Positions 20,601 to 30,068 of a DNA stretch of 64,000 bases are shown piece after piece. Below the pieces are notes generated by a model. It ran no database searches. It saw only the letters and a program-made list of their open reading frames with translations, and had not been told where the DNA came from. How positions within the stretch are numbered: position 1 is the first letter of the stretch; each line of letters starts with the position of its first letter. A program made the position numbers and the translations under genes. The DNA comes from Nitrospirota bacterium (GTDB lineage Bacteria > Nitrospirota > UBA9217): contig OY760142.1 of NCBI GenBank assembly GCA_963663225.1, positions 224,001 through 288,000 of the forward strand. The letters run 5' to 3'.

Positions 20601-21161
20601 AAGGACGGGTTTCTCAAGCCTGTCATATTCAAGGTCGGCCACATAGCGTTTTACGAAGTTCAAAGCGGCCGGAGTATCCGTATAGTTTCTTCTGCAATTC
20701 CCCTCGCAATACTTCACGCAAACCCTGCCGCACATGAGAGGCATCGGGTTGGTCTCCCTGATCAGTTCGAGAGCCTCTTTATATTTGCCTGCGCCTGCAA
20801 GAGCAAGATATCCCTGGATATCCACTGAAGCCGGGCATCTTGTGTTGCACGGCCCCCTGCAGTCGGCATAGTGGGTTGAAAGAATAAGCTCAAGAGCCGA
20901 TTTTCTCGACGCCACCGCTGCGGGGCTGTCCGTCTCTATCTCCATACCGTCTGCAGCAGGCACGGCACAGGAGACGAGTATTTTTTTCGATTTCATTTCC
21001 TCGACTGAACATACAAGGCAGGAACGATGGGGCTCAAGCCGCGGCTCATAACACATGGCCGGGATATCGAAACCATTGTCCCTTGCCACCTGCAGTATGG
21101 TCTTGCCAGGTTCGGTAACTATGCTTTTTCCGTTGATTTTTATTGTAATGGTATTTGCCAT
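17610..21161 (-). CDS. stnC: StnC/BfuA-like large subunit: [2Fe-2S] + GltD-like FAD/NADPH domain + NuoG-like Fe-S + Mo-bisPGD-fold domain
   Basis: N-terminal 2Fe-2S Cys set, CGRVC..CE..C, GGGPSG, GGGNTAIDVAR, YRRT..EMPA, two CxxCxxCxxxC, CxxCxxxC. Length 1183 aa. Confidence 0.75.
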   Translation of the reverse strand: MANTITIKINGKSIVTEPGKTILQVARDNGFDIPAMCYEPRLEPHRSCLVCSVEEMKSKKILVSCAVPAADGMEIETDSPAAVASRKSALELILSTHYADCRGPCNTRCPASVDIQGYLALAGAGKYKEALELIRETNPMPLMCGRVCVKYCEGNCRRNYTDTPAALNFVKRYVADLEYDRLEKPVLAPKNGKKVAVVGGGPSGLTCAYFLAKKGYEVTIFEAQPKLGGMVRYGIPEYRLPAKVLDKEVNFIISHGINVETGVKLGKDITLDELKAKGYSAVYLAIGSWVGKPMGIDGENSPFVQTGIKFLEDVKKAAVLPRLSGTVAVVGGGNTAIDVARTAVRCGADKVALLYRRTLDEMPADKEEIHDSVEEGIEFKMLTAPKRVVAENGKLIGLECFEMYLGEPDASGRRKPIQKENSEFVFKCDMIVSAIGQEADLSSLANKTFGEIKTTKWKTIDFDPKSTATNISGIFAGGDVASGPMAAIDAIGMGRKAATVIDKYISTGKIVPIHDEFVSDKAALEKLDKASFAHIEQVERSHSKKLDPAERIKTFDEVDLGVTPEIVSHEANRCLACGCVTIYDCDLKDYSTAVGAVQKAYTGKFKKSKVDDQHPYISLDPNKCVLCGRCVRYCGDLIGIHALGFINRGYSTVVKPSMDRPLAETSCISCGNCIEVCPTGAIEFNYPFKRQAPFKTTAKRSVCSDCSVACEIDINAYDRDIFYLTAKPYEKYVEGELCKKGRFESTYLKQDGRIAESYENGKGAVPIRTAIAKLTARLNDIKSKQGGDSLLFLVSPSATNEEVFLLSSIAKHYGSSNIASAEDIVRAEIPDISEMTGMNISSATREDVAKANVIINIGSGLTLNSPVFGFQVKRAVAKGAQLVQIGPLNSELEKYVSVHIDCKTGEEGQIINAILKSVISNKAFDAKAAAAIEGFEKFKSGVLKETYPKNLDKVETVAAALLDGAKNAIVLYNDTVDGANLKDIKAAVNLLLSTGRMNKANNGIAVIHKNSNSQGYRDIVFDGSTGFSSADKLKAIKESLQKGKIKAILSLNENISISDLSPKGVDFVAALSSFENDITASAEVVLPYAPNIESEGSIVSFDGKVVKFKKAFDPLQGVSNFEVLNMILQEATGKSYSMDHVRGLIAEKMPHYKGIADNAVESFSLINAARDKGLFCKKPKYDY

Positions 21162-21172
21162 GGTTTTCAGCC

Positions 21173-22942
21173 CTAATCCTTATAGATAGCGTTGAAATTG
21201 CACACCGTAAAGCATTTGCCGCACTTAACGCACTGTTCCTGGTTGACGGTATGAGGTTTCTTCCGTTCTCCCGTGATCGCCTTTGTGGGGCAATCGCGCG
21301 CGCAGAGAGTACACCCTGTGCACTTCTCCGGCTTAATGACGAACTTCACCAGTGCCGCGCAGGAATGCGCCGGACAAACATGGTCTCTGATATGCGCAAG
21401 ATATTCATCCTTGAAGTATTTGAGCGTCGTGAGCACGGGGTTCGGCGCGGTGACTCCCAGGCCGCAGGAGGAAGACTTCCCGATATAATCAGCAAGTTCC
21501 TGAAGCTTCGCAATGTCCTCTTCCTTGCCCTTCCCGGCAACAATGCGTTCGAGAATCTCCAGCATGCGGAGCGTTCCGATCCTGCAGGACGTGCATTTGC
21601 CGCAAGATTCGTTCTGGGTAAACTCAAGGAAGAACCGGGCCAGCTCAACCATGCAGGTATCTTCGTCCACGACGATCATGCCGCCGGAACCCATAATGGC
21701 GCCGAGCTTGGTTATTTCCTCGTAATCGATTTTCGTATTCGCGAGAGATGCCGGGATGCAGCCTCCGGAAGGGCCGCCCATCTGAACGCCCTTGAACTTT
21801 TTGCCGTTCCTGATCCCGCCGCACACTTCATTCACAATTTCGTTAATGGTGATGCCCATCGGAACTTCAACAAGTCCGGCTTTGCTTGCCTTGCCGGCTA
21901 TCGCAAACACCTTGGTGCCTTTGCTTTTCTCCGTCCCATACGCTGCATATTTTGCCGCACCGTTCAGAACAATCCACGGCACGTTGGCAAACGTCTCCAC
22001 GTTGTTGATATTGGTGGGTTTGCCCCACAAACCTTTTGCCGCAGGATAGGGAGGCCGAACTTTCGGCGTGCCCCGTTTTCCCTCAATGGATGACATCAGG
22101 GCAGTCTCTTCACCGCAGACAAAAGCACCGGCCCCTTCTTTCACCTTCAGCTTGAAGGAGAACTTGCTGCCGAAAATATTGCTGCCGAGCATGCCTTTCT
22201 TTTCGAGGATCGCAATGGACCGCTGAAGACGCCGCACTGCCATGGGATACTCTGCTCTGCAGTAGATATATCCCTCGGAAGCGCCGATGGCATATCCGCA
22301 GATCATCATGCCTTCGAGAACAGAGTGGGGATCGCCCTCCAACACGCTTCTGTCCATAAAAGCCCCGGGGTCGCCCTCGTCAGCATTGCAAATAACGTAT
22401 TTTTTATCGTTCTTGGACTGGCTTGCGAATTTCCATTTCATTCCGGTGGAGAATCCTCCGCCGCCCCTTCCCCGCAGTCCCGACGCGATCATCATTTCAA
22501 TAACCTGATCCGGTGTCATTTCCGTCAGGACCTTTTTAATTGCCTTGTATCCGTCCTTGCCAAAATACTCATCCAGGGAATCAGGATCAATGGTACCGCA
22601 ATTGCGGAGAACAATTTTCACCTGTTTCTTCAGGTAGTCATACTCCTGGCCTTCTTTCTTGTCCCGTATGATCACCCATTCCTCGACCGGTTTCTGGTCG
22701 GTAACGTGGCTATCAAATATCTTTTTTGCCTTTTCCTCGGTGACGTCACCGTAAAGAAATGTCTGAGCCCCCGTACTTACTTCGACCAAAGGCTCCCGAT
22801 AGCACATGCCGACGCAGCCGGTTGCAGAGACCGCAACTGATGATTTAGGAGCATTCCCCGACAAATTCGTTAAAGCATCAAAAACCTTTTGCGCTCCTGC
22901 CGAGACGCCGCAGGTAGCCATTCCAACAGTAATATTTATCAC
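21173..22942 (-). CDS. stnB: NuoF/HydB-like FMN/NADH subunit (StnB/BfuB)
   Basis: N-terminal thioredoxin-like 2Fe-2S, GRGGGGF, NADEGDPGAFMDRS, GGPSGG, ESCGKCTSCRIG, C-terminal 2x[4Fe-4S]. Confidence 0.8.
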   Translation of the reverse strand: MINITVGMATCGVSAGAQKVFDALTNLSGNAPKSSVAVSATGCVGMCYREPLVEVSTGAQTFLYGDVTEEKAKKIFDSHVTDQKPVEEWVIIRDKKEGQEYDYLKKQVKIVLRNCGTIDPDSLDEYFGKDGYKAIKKVLTEMTPDQVIEMMIASGLRGRGGGGFSTGMKWKFASQSKNDKKYVICNADEGDPGAFMDRSVLEGDPHSVLEGMMICGYAIGASEGYIYCRAEYPMAVRRLQRSIAILEKKGMLGSNIFGSKFSFKLKVKEGAGAFVCGEETALMSSIEGKRGTPKVRPPYPAAKGLWGKPTNINNVETFANVPWIVLNGAAKYAAYGTEKSKGTKVFAIAGKASKAGLVEVPMGITINEIVNEVCGGIRNGKKFKGVQMGGPSGGCIPASLANTKIDYEEITKLGAIMGSGGMIVVDEDTCMVELARFFLEFTQNESCGKCTSCRIGTLRMLEILERIVAGKGKEEDIAKLQELADYIGKSSSCGLGVTAPNPVLTTLKYFKDEYLAHIRDHVCPAHSCAALVKFVIKPEKCTGCTLCARDCPTKAITGERKKPHTVNQEQCVKCGKCFTVCNFNAIYKD

Positions 22943-22955
22943 GGTTAACCTCGCC

Positions 22956-23438
22956 TCAATTCCGCGCTTTGCGCTGATATTCCTTCAACAGCTTCCGTAC
23001 ACTCTGGGCTGTCAGCTTTCCATGCACATCCTCGTTGATGAAAATAACCGGCCCGATACTGCAGCAACCGAGACATGCGACCGTCTCAACGGTAAACAAA
23101 CCGTCATTTGACGTATCAGAGGAGTCGTCCAGCTTGAGTTCTTCTTTAATAACATTAAGAAGCATGGTCGAATCGTTAACATGACAGGCCGTTCCATCAC
23201 AAACCTTGAGAAGATTTTTTCCCGGCGGCTTCAGCCGGAACTGCTTATAAAATGTCACGACGCTGTAAATGTCGCTTTCAGCAGCGCCAGTCAACTGGCT
23301 GATTTCATGGATAGATTCTTCAGGAACGTATCCGTTCTCCACCTGCACCTTCTGCAGAAGTGGAATAACGTCACTTTTGCTTGCCCCTTTTGCAGCAACT
23401 TCAGGGGGGAAAAACTTAAACGTCGCGTTCTTGAGCAC
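22956..23438 (-). CDS. stnA: NuoE/HydC-like [2Fe-2S] subunit (StnA/BfuC)
   Basis: CDGTACH and ACLGCC motifs. GTG start at 23438 after AAGGAGG. Confidence 0.8.
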   Translation of the reverse strand: MLKNATFKFFPPEVAAKGASKSDVIPLLQKVQVENGYVPEESIHEISQLTGAAESDIYSVVTFYKQFRLKPPGKNLLKVCDGTACHVNDSTMLLNVIKEELKLDDSSDTSNDGLFTVETVACLGCCSIGPVIFINEDVHGKLTAQSVRKLLKEYQRKARN

Positions 23439-23689
23439 CCTCTGCCTCCTTAAACTCTGCGATTTCGTACCCGAACGATCACGATAGTGCATTTCGTGAC
23501 GTTGCAAACTCATTATTTTAACCTTTTTATACCCTTTTTACAAGAAAACTTTTCGGATAAGAGCAAACGGAAAATGCACCGATAAGAATTATATAATGAA
23601 AAACCCTGCTGCAGTGCTGTCTTCCTGGTAAAAACACTTATGCAATTTCCGCTGTTGCTTACAACAAGCAAAATGCAGAAAACAATTCA

Positions 23690-23735
23690 AAAAAAAGGAG
23701 CGCCCCCCGGCTAAATTCCGCAGGGGTAGCGCTCC
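23690..23735 (-). terminator. Intrinsic terminator after the malic enzyme gene
   Basis: Minus strand GGAGCGCTACCCC...GGGGGGCGCTCC followed by a T-run. Confidence 0.7.
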
Positions 23736-23833
23736 CGGTCTATAGTCGCTACTCACAACAGTGCATGTTTGTTAACCAGCTGTAAAGAACATATCCACGC
23801 AATCGCGAATAGATCGGATGTGGCGCAGGTTCC

Positions 23834-25153
23834 TTAGAGCTGATGTTTGTAGGATTTCACGAACGCACTCATACGATCGCGAGCGTCGAATACGCGTTTG
23901 CGCAGGTCTTTTGCATACTGATCCAAGTCAAGTTTAACCGTGGCAACGCCTTCATCCATGGCTGCCTTGGCAACCGCAACCGGCTCGAGGTCGATCAGAC
24001 GGGTATCAAGCGCCTTCGGGATGATGTAGTCCAGACCATAGGTCAGCGACTTCACATTATACGCATCACAAACTTCCTGCGGTACCGGCTTTTTGGCCAG
24101 GTCAGCGATAGCTTGCGCTGCAGCTTTCTTCATATTTTCGGTGATTGCAGTTGCGCCGCAGTCCAGAGCTCCGCGGAAGATATAGGGGAACCCGGAAACG
24201 TTGTTCACCTGGTTCGGGAAGTCAGAACGGCCCGTTCCCATGATCAGGTCCGGACGAGCTGCCTTTGCATCGGGATACGGAATTTCCGGATCAGGGTTCG
24301 CCATGGCGAACATGATCGGATTTTTGGCCATGCTCTTAACCATTGCAGGAGATACAAGGTTCGCCTGCGAAAGGCCGAGGAACATGTCTGCGCCCTTGAA
24401 TGCTTCTTCAAGCGATGAGAAAGCCTTTTTCTGGGCAAACAGCTTTTTGTACTCGTTGAGGTCGGTACGACCCGCATGAATATGGCCTTTGGTGTCGAAC
24501 AGGGAGATGTTTTCCTGAGGAACACCGAGCAAAACATAGAATTTGCAGCAGGCAATACCGGCAGCACCGGCGCCCGAGCAGACCACTCTCATGTCAGAGG
24601 CTTTCTTGCCTGAAATATCGATGGCATTGATCAAGCCTGCACCGGAGATGATCGCCGTACCATGCTGGTCATCATGGAATACCGGTATTTTCATGATCTT
24701 TTTCAGTTTTTCTTCAATATAGAAGCAATCGGGTGCGCCGATGTCTTCGAGATTGATGCCGCCAAAAGTCGGCTCTAATGCCTTCACAATTTCAATGATT
24801 TTATCCGGATCCTTGACATCAAGATTGATATCATAGGAATCAATGTCCGAGAAAATCTTGAACAAGATTCCCTTGCCTTCCATGACCGGCTTTGCAGCTG
24901 CTGGGCCGAGGTTTCCAAGTCCCAGGATGGCGGTACCGTTGGTGACAATTGCCACCAGGTTGCCCTTACCTGTGTACTTGTAAACATCTGCGGGATTTGC
25001 CGCAATTGCGCGGCAAGCGTCAGCAACACCTGGCGAGTAGGCCGTTGCCAGATCCTTCTGGGTAAAGTAGGGCTTTGTCGGAATGACTGTGCATTTCCCC
25101 GGAGGAAACACATTATGATACTTCAATGCTTCTTCTTTCGTTACCAGTGCCAT
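23834..25153 (-). CDS. Malic enzyme (MaeB-like malic domain, no PTA domain)
   Basis: [56 protein letters not shown]. Confidence 0.92.
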   Translation of the reverse strand: MALVTKEEALKYHNVFPPGKCTVIPTKPYFTQKDLATAYSPGVADACRAIAANPADVYKYTGKGNLVAIVTNGTAILGLGNLGPAAAKPVMEGKGILFKIFSDIDSYDINLDVKDPDKIIEIVKALEPTFGGINLEDIGAPDCFYIEEKLKKIMKIPVFHDDQHGTAIISGAGLINAIDISGKKASDMRVVCSGAGAAGIACCKFYVLLGVPQENISLFDTKGHIHAGRTDLNEYKKLFAQKKAFSSLEEAFKGADMFLGLSQANLVSPAMVKSMAKNPIMFAMANPDPEIPYPDAKAARPDLIMGTGRSDFPNQVNNVSGFPYIFRGALDCGATAITENMKKAAAQAIADLAKKPVPQEVCDAYNVKSLTYGLDYIIPKALDTRLIDLEPVAVAKAAMDEGVATVKLDLDQYAKDLRKRVFDARDRMSAFVKSYKHQL

Positions 25154-25276
25154 TTTACTACCTCCTTTTGTCTATAAAGTTATTTCCCGGCATTTTTACT
25201 TCAAATTCTATCACGGCATATTGTTTTTAGGGATACAACTGGATCCTGCAACTGTACAAATACTCATGCTGCAAAA

Positions 25277-25292
25277 AGCAAGGAACATGCCA
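25277..25292 (-). promoter_or_regulatory. sigma54 promoter of the malic enzyme gene
   Basis: Minus strand TGGCATGTTCCTTGCT. Confidence 0.85.
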
Positions 25293-25434
25293 ATTATTAT
25301 AATGGTATATAGGACTTATTTTACAGAGGATTAGCTGTTTTTAGAATAACTTCACGCTTGTTTCTGAATATAACGAAACTCATGGATGTGATTCGAAAAA
25401 AACTATAATTTTATTATTTACAGCAAGATATGAA

Positions 25435-25452
25435 CTATAATAAAAATTATAG
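25435..25452. promoter_or_regulatory. Palindromic candidate activator binding site
   Basis: CTATAAT-AAAA-ATTATAG perfect inverted repeat about 145 bp upstream of the sigma54 promoter. Partial copy at 25403. Confidence 0.5.
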
Positions 25453-25585
25453 GCCATAACTTTTTATACTGATTATTTATTATATATTTTTTACCTGCCC
25501 CACAGGGATGTGTTTCACCTTTATAAAGCGGCCTATCATAGCACAAATCACTTTTTTAGCAATAAAAAAAGCAGAGAGCCTGACA

Positions 25586-27010
25586 TTATTCTTCGCTCGA
25601 AGTTTCCTGCTGCTGTTTAAGGCGCTTGCTCAGCGCTGGCTGCGATATGCCCAAAAATCGGCTTGCCACAGACTGATTCCCTCTCGCACGCTTCATGGCT
25701 TCCGCAATGAGAAGCCCCACGGTCTGCTGAATGGAAGGCAGAGTTTCCACACTTTCGAAGATATTCGCGGAATCAGCATGAAAACGCGAAGGGGTCCGGT
25801 CATGTGAAGCACTTATCTTTTTAAATTGTTTGGTTGAAACAGTGCCCGAGGCGGACTGAGCAACGGCGTCGAACACCATCGAACGCAGTTCCCGGATATT
25901 GCCCGGGAAATTATACTGTTCAAGAAGCGGGACCAGATCAAAGGCATAATTCAGCTTGTCCTTTCCGAGAGAACGGGCCGCTTCCTCCAGAAAATAATCG
26001 AGCAGCAGCGGGATGTCTTCCTTTCGATCGCGAAGCGGAGGCAGGTGTATATGGTGCGTGTGCAAACGGAAAAAAAGGTCCTTTCGCAATTCTCCCCGCG
26101 CCTGTTTTTCAGTAAGGTTCTGGTTCGTGGAAGCGATAACGCGCGCATTCAACCGTTTCGGCCTGTCGCTGCCTAAGGGAAAGTAATCTCCCTCCTGAAG
26201 AAGACGCAGAAGCTTCACCTGCGATGCATTGTTCAGGTCGCCTATTTCGTCCAAAAAAAGAGTCCCCAGGGCCGCCTGTTCCACCATGCCGCTTCTCGGC
26301 TGGTCCGCGCCGGTAAAGGCGCCTTTTACGTGTCCAAACAAGGTATCGGTAAACATGGCATCATCAAGTCCTCCCACATTCACCGATACCAGCGAACCCT
26401 TGCAGCCGCTTAAGGTATGGACTGCATTGACGATGAGCCCTTTTCCCACGCCGCTTTCACCCGTAACCAGCAGCGGCTGGCTGCTTTTGGCTACCGCTTC
26501 CACGTATTGGAAAATCGTTTTCATCGTTTTATTCAGCGTAATGATGCCTTCAAACGCGTGGGGATCCCGGAGTGAATCCGACAGAAAACTCCTGGTCATC
26601 TCGCGGTTCTCCGAACGCATTTCTATGATTTTTATCGCATGCTGGATTGCGGTAATAATCCGGCATTCTTCGGCAGTCTTGACCATATAATCGAAAGCGC
26701 CGTGTTTCATGCAGGTGACCGCGGTCTCGAGCTGGCTTATGCCGCTGCAGACAATCACTATTATCTCGGGGAACTGTTCGTTTATCAGTTTCAGAAGTTC
26801 TTCTCCCGAGAGGTTGGGCATCGTGAGATCCAGCAGCACAATGCCGATCTCCTGCTGGGCCAGTATCTCTAAAACATCACGGCTGTCCTGGCAGGACATC
26901 ACATTGGTGATGCCTGCATGCCTCTCAAGGGACATGCGCATGGATCGGATCCATGCCTGCTCATCATCCACGATCAGGATGCGAAATGACGGATACCCTG
27001 CTGCACTCAT
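25586..27010 (-). CDS. NtrC-family sigma54-dependent response regulator
   Basis: REC (LLDLTMP), GESGVGK, GAFTGA, FLDEIGD, FPGNIREL, C-terminal Fis HTH. ATGA overlap with the kinase. Confidence 0.95.
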   Translation of the reverse strand: MSAAGYPSFRILIVDDEQAWIRSMRMSLERHAGITNVMSCQDSRDVLEILAQQEIGIVLLDLTMPNLSGEELLKLINEQFPEIIVIVCSGISQLETAVTCMKHGAFDYMVKTAEECRIITAIQHAIKIIEMRSENREMTRSFLSDSLRDPHAFEGIITLNKTMKTIFQYVEAVAKSSQPLLVTGESGVGKGLIVNAVHTLSGCKGSLVSVNVGGLDDAMFTDTLFGHVKGAFTGADQPRSGMVEQAALGTLFLDEIGDLNNASQVKLLRLLQEGDYFPLGSDRPKRLNARVIASTNQNLTEKQARGELRKDLFFRLHTHHIHLPPLRDRKEDIPLLLDYFLEEAARSLGKDKLNYAFDLVPLLEQYNFPGNIRELRSMVFDAVAQSASGTVSTKQFKKISASHDRTPSRFHADSANIFESVETLPSIQQTVGLLIAEAMKRARGNQSVASRFLGISQPALSKRLKQQQETSSEE

Positions 27011-28818
27011 GCCTGAACCTCCCATTCTGCCACAGGCAGTTTGATAATTACGGTTGCTCCCTCGCCGGGCTTGGAATTAAAACTGAGCGTTCCCCCATGC
27101 TCCTTCACAATTCCCGCGGAGATCGCAAGCCCGAGACCCGTTCCGCCGCTGTCCCTCTTGGTGGTAAAAAAGGGATCGGTCACGCGGTTCAGATGTTCCG
27201 GCGGAATGCCGATTCCATCGTCGTGCACCCTGATGATAATCGTCCCGACTTCACGCTCATATGAGGTCATGACAAATATCCCTTTGTCGACAAACGGCAA
27301 GCCGGGAAACGAGCTCATAATATCTACCGAAGGCTGTGGCGTGCGCTCCGGCTTCTGCCGGTTGGCGCTCTCAACGGCCTGCGCCGCATTCAACACAAGG
27401 TTTACAATCACCTGTTCGAGCCGGTGCGGATTGCCCTTGATCAAAGGAAGCGGTTCCGTGCAATAAACAGCGCAGTGGATGGCCGAGCTTTTCAACGAGT
27501 GTTCCAGCAGCCGGACGGAAGTCCGCACCACATTGTTCACGTCGAACAGCTCCTTGGAATTGGAATCGTTTTTCCGCGAAAAGTGCTTGAGATCGTCGAC
27601 AATGCGCTTGATGCGCTTTACCGCAACCTGCATCTCGTCAAGAAGCTGGGGAAGTTCCTTGCGCATCCGTGAATACGGCAGACCACCCATTAAAAATTCC
27701 CCGTGTTCACGGTAATAAGCATCAAGAATCGGGTCGGCATCTTTGATGACCTCGCTGACCAGCGGCAAATTAAAAAGAAGCAGACCGTTCGGATTGTTGA
27801 TTTCATGGGCCACGCTCGAGACAAGAACACCCAGGGCAGCCATCTTATCGGCCTGGATCAACCGCTGGTGCTGAAGCCTCAGCTCTTCATCCATGCGTTT
27901 GCGTTCTTCCACCTCGCGGTTCAGGGCAGCGGTCCTGGCGGCAACCCGCATCTTCAGCAGTCTGGACCAAATAATGGACGCAAGAAGGCCGAAAATAAGC
28001 GCGGAAACAATGTACATGTTGTATTTTTTCAGCCATTTCCAGGAAGCATACTCTGTATCCACATTTCCCAGCCATTTTTCCTGCAGTTCCTGATACCGGC
28101 CCGTCTCTTTGAGAAATGCCAGCCCTTCATTGAATTTTTCCAATGTAGCCAGGTTCCCTTTTCTGAAGGCAAAGCAGTACTTGCTGGTATCGATATTCTT
28201 GGCAACCAGTTCTACGTTTGTGATCTTTAAATCGGTAATCAGATATGTTGCCTGAAGCGTTTCCAGCACGGCATAGTCATGTTTAGCCGAGGCAAGCATC
28301 TTCACTGCCTCCGCAATGGACGAAACAGTGACTATCTGAATTTGGCTCCATGCCGCCCGGGAGTAATCGTGTTTTCCATCCAGGCTCACAAGAACGACTT
28401 TCTTTCCGCGGAGATCATCAAGGGATGAAACCGGAGATGCGTCTGTTCTGGCGAAGATGGAATGAGAAATTGCGGAATGCGGCGAAGAAAGGTCCAGGAT
28501 ATGCGCCCGTTCTTCCGAAAAGGGAAGGCCTTCGATAACATCAATACGGCCGGTTTCCACATCCCTGAATATCGTGGACCATGATTTTTCCAGCTTAAAC
28601 GTGACTTCAACGTCCATGGTCTCGGCTATGGCTTTTGTCAACTCCACAATGAAACCGGCGGGCTTGCCATCTCTGTCAATGAACTCATACGGTGGATGGG
28701 CGCTGTTGCCGCCTACAACGATCATGTGTTTGGAGTTATCGGTGTTCTCCGCGGCCAGAGTCTGAGCATGGAGAGCTGGTAATAACAGCAGCAGACAGAT
28801 GAAGGCTCTCACCATCAT
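27007..28818 (-). CDS. Sensor histidine kinase with periplasmic amino-acid-binding (SBP family 3) domain
   Basis: Signal peptide, PPYEF..GFIVEL SBP3 motif, TM segment, AHEINNP H-box, DDGIG, PFFTTK, GTGLGL. Confidence 0.92.
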   Translation of the reverse strand: MMVRAFICLLLLLPALHAQTLAAENTDNSKHMIVVGGNSAHPPYEFIDRDGKPAGFIVELTKAIAETMDVEVTFKLEKSWSTIFRDVETGRIDVIEGLPFSEERAHILDLSSPHSAISHSIFARTDASPVSSLDDLRGKKVVLVSLDGKHDYSRAAWSQIQIVTVSSIAEAVKMLASAKHDYAVLETLQATYLITDLKITNVELVAKNIDTSKYCFAFRKGNLATLEKFNEGLAFLKETGRYQELQEKWLGNVDTEYASWKWLKKYNMYIVSALIFGLLASIIWSRLLKMRVAARTAALNREVEERKRMDEELRLQHQRLIQADKMAALGVLVSSVAHEINNPNGLLLFNLPLVSEVIKDADPILDAYYREHGEFLMGGLPYSRMRKELPQLLDEMQVAVKRIKRIVDDLKHFSRKNDSNSKELFDVNNVVRTSVRLLEHSLKSSAIHCAVYCTEPLPLIKGNPHRLEQVIVNLVLNAAQAVESANRQKPERTPQPSVDIMSSFPGLPFVDKGIFVMTSYEREVGTIIIRVHDDGIGIPPEHLNRVTDPFFTTKRDSGGTGLGLAISAGIVKEHGGTLSFNSKPGEGATVIIKLPVAEWEVQA

Positions 28819-29274
28819 AGTGATTTAGCTTGCCTCTGGGATTGGTGGGGTTTTACGAATAACATAATTTGTGTAACTTACTGCATTATAAGGAGAAAGT
28901 CAAGCAACATATGAGTTTTTGCCTGTTAAGAACAAAAAAACCGCTGCCTTCATCTTTGTATTGACAAACCCGGCCCGTTGAGAGCAAATTCTTCATACGA
29001 TTTGACATAATACAGGTGTGCAATTGTAAAAAAAGGGCTGCCGTAACCAGCAGGGTAACCATCCCTAAAGGGCTCCACGCTCGCCTCATCAAAGACGCCA
29101 CACAACTGCGTTTCTCCTAAAAAAGCTATTCCATACATTGCATATTAGCCGTAGCATGACGACTATTCCGAATTTTGAATATTAGTCATTTAAATATGCT
29201 TTTAAATTCAGTCGGATACAGCAAATTCTTTCTTAAATTCATTGGCCATCATTTCAATTATATGCTATATTTCC

Positions 29275-29298
29275 CGAAGAACTAATATCTGGTTAGTC
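29275..29298 (+). mobile_element. attI-like integron recombination site (no intI in window)
   Basis: CCGAAGAACTAATATCTG-GTTAGTC: a GTTRRRY-like core directly before the first cassette ORF, with a CTAA...TTAG inverted pair. Confidence 0.45.
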
Positions 29299-29306
29299 TA
29301 ACTGAA

Positions 29307-29984
29307 ATGGCGAAAAACGATTTATACATATCCCCTTTTGAAGGCAAAACACCCGAAGAACGTTTTGTAGCCTATATTGATATTCTTGGCTTTGGTAAAG
29401 AAGTAAACGATAACTTAGAAGCTGCCATAGACGTTTATGAAGATTTGATTGGTCATTGTCATTTATTAGGTCGCCTAGTAAATCTGTCAATCTATTCCGA
29501 TTCAATTATTCTGCAATCTGCAAAATTGATTGACGTCGCATATGTAGCGACAATGGTTCAATTTATTGCTCTTACACGAAATTATCTGGTACGAGGAGGC
29601 ATCGCGGTCGGGAAGCATCTTGAATCGAGGCAAAATGGAAATTTATTCGTGGTCAGCAAAGCATTAGTAAAAGCTGTAAAACAGGAGAAGCTAAATCAAA
29701 CCCAAGAGACACCGTGTATTACCCTTCATCATGAAATAAATCCAGTTCCGTCGGTCGTATTAAATGATCCTGCACGCATTGTTGTTGAATACAAGGGACA
29801 AAACATTGTTAATCCTTTCAATCCCCACATGGAATCAAGCCAAAGAGATGGAATACATTCTCAACTAATTGAACTACGTGACAGATGTCCCGAGAAGGAC
29901 CAACCGAAATACACTTGGTATATAGAATTGATGGATTTCATTCTAAGAACATATGGGGAAAGTGGACGACAGCGGCCAAATTAG
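29307..29984 (+). CDS. Cassette ORF: class III nucleotide-cyclase-fold hypothetical protein
   Basis: YIDILGF, YSDSII, VRGGIAVG, ALVKAVKQEK parallel the cyclase metal-binding Asp pair and downstream motifs. AT-rich. Confidence 0.6.
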   Translation: MAKNDLYISPFEGKTPEERFVAYIDILGFGKEVNDNLEAAIDVYEDLIGHCHLLGRLVNLSIYSDSIILQSAKLIDVAYVATMVQFIALTRNYLVRGGIAVGKHLESRQNGNLFVVSKALVKAVKQEKLNQTQETPCITLHHEINPVPSVVLNDPARIVVEYKGQNIVNPFNPHMESSQRDGIHSQLIELRDRCPEKDQPKYTWYIELMDFILRTYGESGRQRPN

Positions 29985-29987
29985 ATA

Positions 29988-30046
29988 TACCAACAACACC
30001 GGCGAGAGGGACAGAGAATCACGCCCTCCTCATGGCGGCGTTAGCG
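29988..30046 (+). mobile_element. attC site 1 (59 bp)
   Basis: TACCAAC-AACAC-CGGCGAG-AGGG..CCCT-C-CTCATG-GCGGC-GTTAGCG, just after the stop codon. Confidence 0.7.
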
Positions 30047-30068
30047 GAATATTCTGGTAATCAATCGC

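Noticed and set aside
17610-23438. Respiratory complex I nuoEFG, formate dehydrogenase or [FeFe]-hydrogenase
   Set aside because: No other nuo genes, no H-cluster motifs and no clear Mo-ligand segment. The inserted GltD-like domain fits Stn better.
23461-23502. Rex-like operator upstream of the stnA-like gene
   Set aside because: TCGT/ACGA half-sites are present, but spacing and orientation do not fit the consensus I can support
28886-29138. intI remnant or riboswitch upstream of the attI-like site
   Set aside because: Only a chance-level 'SPLG' similarity to the IntI C-terminus. The hairpin and T-run near 29030-29066 match no riboswitch I recognise.
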